From contig OZ361261.1 in assembly GCA_977018835.1 (NCBI GenBank), forward strand, positions 1,984,001-2,048,000: a stretch of 64,000 nucleotides of DNA. The letters run 5' to 3'. Made by a program: the position numbers and the translations under genes. Shown piece after piece: positions 58,711-64,000 of this stretch. Each line of letters starts with the position of its first letter. Within the stretch, counting starts at the first letter, position 1. Below the pieces are notes generated by a model. That model searched no databases and was not told the origin of the DNA. It was given only the letters and a program-made list of their open reading frames with translations. This DNA is from Minutocellus sp. GHC0000111 (taxonomy: Eukaryota).

Positions 58711-61092
58711 TTATTCTTGAGATTCGTTGTCCCTGTCGCCGTCGCCTTCGTCGATATTCTTCTCGTCATCCTCGTTTGCCTCAACCTCTGTTTCATCCCC
58801 ATCCCCATTCTCATCCTCATCTTCACCATCACCCTCGGACTCTATGCAATCGTCAATTGCCAGCTCAAAATCCTGTTGAGTTACAAGGCAATCGGATATT
58901 GATCCCCCGTCTTGAATTTCCATGACAGCGCGCTCAAGTGCGTGGGAGGCGGCGGCTCTCGCCACGGCAGCGAGACTGGCGCCAGTGAAGCCATCACTCT
59001 CGACGGCCAGCAAATCCACAAGCTGCTCAAAACTCAATAACCGCCCTCGTTCTTCATGGCTCAAAGCCCCACTTTCCAACACACGAGCGGCAGCCGTCGA
59101 TGGCGGAGGATCATTGACGAGAAGCCTTCCACTTTCCATCATTGAATTGAGATGAACCTTGAGGATGGATATCCTTGCCTCCTTGGTCTTTGGCTTGGTA
59201 ACTTCTATGTGCACTTCGAACCGACCCGGCCGAAGTAGTGCGGGGTCAATGAGGGATCTCTTATTCGTCAACCCAATAACGAGCGTCGGAACGGGCAAAG
59301 GGTCGACACCGTCCATCTTTGCGAGCATCTGGTTGACAACCGAATCCCTTTTACATGTAATTGAAGATGCAATGGGAAGAATATGTAAGTTAAGGCTGCA
59401 AGTAAATCATGAGAACTAGCTAGCTAGCTAGAGCCAATATTACACTCACCTGGCGACACCGGCATCGCCCTGGCTTCCCTTGCCATCACCGCCGCCTCTT
59501 GATCTTGCAATACTATCGAATTCGTCCATGATCACCACATGCAGTGCATTCTTCTCCAGTGCGGCACCCATGTCGGGATATTGGACTCGGTAGCTGTCAA
59601 CAATCGGCGGCGGAGAATCGAAAATCTCGCGAAGATTACTTTCTGAGCTACCAACGAACCGATCCATAATCTCTGGACCACTCACAACAGTGATTGGCCT
59701 GGCGGGCGATAGGATTTTGCCAATACTTCGTGCCAAGAGCGTCTTTCCACATCCCGGCAACCCGTACAACAGCAGGCCCCGCACCGGACTGATCCCAAGC
59801 TCTGCCAGCAATGATGGTGGGGCCGCCAACGGTACCCAAACTCGTCTCTTGATTTGATTCAACACATCATCCAGGCCACCGATACCAAGCGATGATCCCT
59901 CAAATGCATTGCCGGCTCCAGCGAGGGCCACCAGTTCCGATGCCTGCTCTTCACCGGTCCGAGAAATGGGAACAGCATTTTCTTTTGAACCGTCATCTGA
60001 TGATGCAGACGATGATGACGAGGATGCCATACTCTCGCGAAATTCTTGAATATCATTTGTTGTTTCTGCAGGGTTCGTCGTTCCTGGTGTTGGAGACGAT
60101 GCCTTGCCACCTGTCGCCACTACATTGCCCGGAAAGCTCTTCTTGTTATCCGAGGCCAATCGTTCGTCCATCCCTGACAAAAATGCCGTATCGGTGGCAC
60201 TTCTTGTGGATAGAATCGATCTCGCTTGCGATTGTGATTGTGCCCTTCTATCTCGACTTGCACCCATCGGACTTTCCAATGGCGTCATCGGTTGCTGATT
60301 GATACCACTCTTGACTCCCTCGGCCATACTGCTTCCAGTATTGCCATTGCTATTGCTCTTTTGCATCCGGTTAGTTGTAGTGTACTCACCCGGATGGATG
60401 GTGTTCATCCCCGGCGATATCCCGCCTGGTCTCGCTGCTTCCCACCTCCTCCTTTCTTCCGCCTCGGCCTTGCGTTTCGTCGAGTCGGAATCAATATGCA
60501 CGTCGCCATCATCACTTTTACTCTCATTGTCATTTTCTTCATCAGAAGCAGCCTCTTCCTCCAGCTTGTTCAAATCCAATCCAGCCAACTGGCACATGCG
60601 CTTGGCATCATCAACGCAGTCGGCATTTTGGGGTAAAATCACCTCCCGTTCCATCTGCTTTAAAATGTTGATGGCACGGCGCATATCTCCTTCCCGAAAG
60701 GTATCCTTGTAGGATTGCAGGGCCGAGGCCAGATTGAGAGACAGTGTCGAGAGATATTGTCGATTCCGCCGTGCTTGGTTGAGGGCGGCCTCTTCGGCTT
60801 GCTGGTCCTCATCACTTTGTTTTTCGTCGCTATTGCTCTTGACTGCTAAATCACTACCAACACTGTTGGGCGAAGGGGATGCAGCAGCTCTCAAGGCAGT
60901 GGCAAGCTTCCGCTCATATTCCGCCCAGCTGGTTCGTCTGCCAAAGTTCGGCCGACGAATGGGATGACGATTCTCGGCGGTGCTGGCGGATGCCCCAGAG
61001 AGAAACGCTGGAGGAGAAGTAGATGATGATACGACACATGATGTGCTAGTCAGTGCAGCGCTGATCACAAGTAAAGACGCCGATAACCGCAT
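58711..61092 (-). CDS. NSF-like single-module AAA+ ATPase with an N-terminal presequence
   Basis: Intron 59348-59449; GIGGLD, GLLLYGLPGCGKT, IMDEFD, DSVVNQMLAKMDG, ALLRPGRFE. Confidence 0.85.
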
Positions 61093-61337
61093 CTTTCAAC
61101 TATACACACAAGGTATTGATCAAAGTAGTGCCGCTTCTTGCAGGGAGAACATGCATGACGAGAGAGAAGCATGAGAGGATGAGTGATGTTCCACTGACGC
61201 CATCAGGTAATGAGCCCTAAGAAACATCGTAAAAAACTCAAAAACCACGTTTGATGATCCTCCCGCCGAAAAACTGGCACAGACTTCCTTCTCTCCTCAT
61301 CTTGAATTCACCACAGTTTGGAAAGGAGGTGAGCGCA

Positions 61338-62400
61338 ATGGCGACCTCCTCCCTCCGCCGTGCGTGCCTAACGACGCTCATGTGCCCCAGCAGTGCCAAT
61401 TTGATGGGAAATGTGCAGTGAGATGGATCAGATTGTTTTGATGGTGGTTGTGTTGTAAATGTGAGCAAATTCTTGACGCTACAATTCTCAAATGTTTTCT
61501 CATCCTTACTCTAGCGGCGGAACTATACTACGACTTTGCGAGGAGGCTGGTAGAATAGCCGGCACGAAATGGTCTCTTGGACCAGTTGCACTGGTTGGTG
61601 CGTCCAAGACACAATTCCGCCAGCCGATACACGTCGGTGAGGTGGCCACCGTCGACGCATCGGTCGATTATGTCAGTCGACATGCAATTCGCGTTGGCAT
61701 GACGGTCCAGGCAGAAAACATGGAGACCGGTCACAAACGCTTGACGAATACTGCCAGCATGTGGTACTCGACGGTAGACATCGATTCTGATAGTTACACC
61801 ATGACTGTCAGTTCGCGGGACTTGCATCCTCTCCATCCGGCACAAGTTGCGCCCGACGCGGCGGAAGAGCATGCCTACTTTGCCTCGGCCAGGGCCAAGA
61901 TACCACTGGATGCACGTGAATTAGAAGAATTTCCGGTAGTTTTGGCCGATCTGCCCGGGCCAGATGCCATTGCCAACCATGTATTCTTGTCGGCGGGATA
62001 CATACTGAAGCTGATGGACAGCGGAGCTGCGTTGGCGGCGGTGTCTTTTGCTCGGAATGAATGCGTAACCGTTCTGCTGGATAAGGTCTGCTTTCATACG
62101 CCGATCACTGTTGGGGATTTGTGCACTGTACGAGCGGGAGTTACCTACACTTCCGAGAGGAGCCTAGAAGTGGTGGCTCAAGTATGGAAATCTTCCTCCG
62201 GCATTGTCGGTGGGCTGTGCATGGGGGATGATGTCGCACCAATATGTGCCGTCGAGGCTAGATTCGTCTTTGTTGCTCTGGGAGCGGATGGAAAAGTATC
62301 AGAGGTACCAGAAGTACCAAAGGAAATGAGAACGAAACGTTGGGAGGTTGGAGCAGCAAAGCACGCCGAGCGTCGATTCGAGAAGCAGAGAGAGAACTGA
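61338..62400 (+). CDS. Acyl-CoA thioesterase, double hotdog fold (ACOT7/YciA-like)
   Basis: join(61338..61417,61515..62400); ANLMGNVHGGTIL formed across the intron; second repeat AGYILKLMD..FHTPITVGD. Confidence 0.85.
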
Positions 62401-62467
62401 GAATGCTATTTTTCTTGTTTATGTTCGTATGTATCGACCTCCTTCCGCTTCCTCCGTCCGCCAAGGC

Positions 62468-63907
62468 TTATGTCGTCGAATTGGAAAACAAGCGCTGCCT
62501 TGCCCGTCTCGCAGAGTCTAGGATGAAGGCATCAGTATATCCCGTTGCCTCCACTGCCTTTGCAAGCTGCATTGCGTCAACTGTACCACGACGAATAAAG
62601 GTTTGGAACAATGCACGAAGAGCAGCTTTGCCCTCAGCGCTCAAATCATTCGTCATGACGCCCATGGTAGAGGGCGAGAGCATTCCGTCGGATGCCTTCT
62701 CTTTATCGGACATTGAATCATGTTTCCCTTGCAAGGGGCTGAGGCTGGGTGATGAAGAAGATGTGGCAATGCGTCTGTTCTGATCTTCGATTTGCCTTCT
62801 GTAGTACATGCGGAGGCGATGGCGAACAAAAGCAAAGCCAGTCCTTGTCGATATCATGCCCGTATCTCCTTCGTCACTATCGTCCATGCACTGAAAACGA
62901 TAGCCATTCTTTTTGGCCAACTGAAGCAGTGCTTCTGTGATTTTATCGTTGTACTTTGTCTGCTTGGGGTTACCAGCGTGCCTTGTGTTGTTATGTACAA
63001 AGTCATTTTTATTCTGCGTTAGGAATTCCCGGAAGCAACGGTACTGATTCCATTTCCAAGAGCGAGGGATGATTCTTGATGGCATCGCGGCGGTTGTAGC
63101 ATCAAGCTTCCATTATCAGCTACTACTACTTTTGGTACTTTCGGATCCATGGTATCATCATTATCTCCGATGATATTATCCTTTTGCGTTTCTGGTGATG
63201 GGCTATCGGTCCCTGTAGAAACATGATCCTCTTTCCCATTTTCCTCGTTCCATCGGCCGGCACAGGATCACTGCCATTTGGAATCGAGGAAGAACTATCT
63301 TTGCTTTTAAGTCGTTGGTAGAAACTGCGAACCTTGTCTCGAATCTGTTTGAAGGCAGGTAGTTGCTTGGCGCCAGTGGGTAGATCATCACAGAAAATAC
63401 CATCATTATGAAAGGATTGGAATTGGTAGCCTTTGTTATCGGCAAAGCGAAGGAGTCGAACAGTCAGATCATTGTTGAAGTCATGGGCCTTGTTCGAGCT
63501 TGAGTCCAAATGAATGATCTTTAAGTAATTATTAATGATAGTATTTCGAAGACACATGTAGGATACTAATTTCATTGGGAAAACATGGCACGAAATTGTA
63601 TACCTTCTTTGGCCCAGCGCCTCAACTTTTCCGGCTGCGCCTTGTGTTTCCTCCACCATCTCCCGAGTTTCTCATCGGTGTAACCGTCGATGTTTTCATC
63701 TGACTCCATGAGCTTCTTCAATCCTTCCTCACCAATCGCTCTTTTCAATGTGGCGATGTCACACGTGTACTCTGCATCAGCCATTCTAAGCAAGGCATAA
63801 CACAACTCTGGACTTGCCCGGGTCCACCTATTGCTGCACCTCTCGGACTGTGATTTCTTGTGCAAAATGTCAGCAGCGGCACCAGACATTTTCCCCTGCT
63901 CGTCCAA
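62468..63907 (-). CDS. Hypothetical protein with a repeated helical domain, broken into three frames; may start further upstream
   Basis: FNNDLTVRLLRFADNKGYQF..IRDKVRSFYQR and YNDKITEALLQLAKKNGYRF..VRHRLRMYYRR. Confidence 0.55.
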
Positions 63908-64000
63908 GACAGTCGAATGCTCATGACATCCCGCAAGATTGCGCGGCGTTATCTGATAAATCCCCTCTACGTTGAGTCGTTGAAACCAAGTATGTTTAAT

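Overview
Gene-dense eukaryotic nuclear DNA. A diatom or close ochrophyte is inferred from short GT-AG introns (GTGAGT/GTAAGT donors), bipartite signal+ASAFAP-like plastid presequences and an LCIB/theta-type carbonic anhydrase. About 30 genes are present, including an ARFRP1-like GTPase, JmjC demethylase, UDP-glucuronate decarboxylase, RimP, DUF4336, double NmrA, STT3-ankyrin, GMP synthase, CDPK, MUT-7-like exonuclease, Prx5-like protein, CaM-lysine methyltransferase, Myb-HMG, TMEM14, a large TPR protein, an NSF-like AAA ATPase and an acyl-CoA thioesterase. There is also a decayed RAG1/Transib-like transposase remnant and a ~195-bp repeat cluster. Top observation: the last intervening sequence of the CDPK gene (33056-35126) reads as a [D1,2] spliceosomal twin intron (stwintron). 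A 111-nt internal intron splits the GT donor of a ~2-kb external intron, and that external intron hosts an intronless antisense 483-aa ORF with a duplicated Cys4 motif. Many genes carry single in-frame stops or frameshifts, which suggests consensus errors or a decaying haplotype, so single-base claims need read-level checking. No rRNA, tRNA or CRISPR array was recognised.
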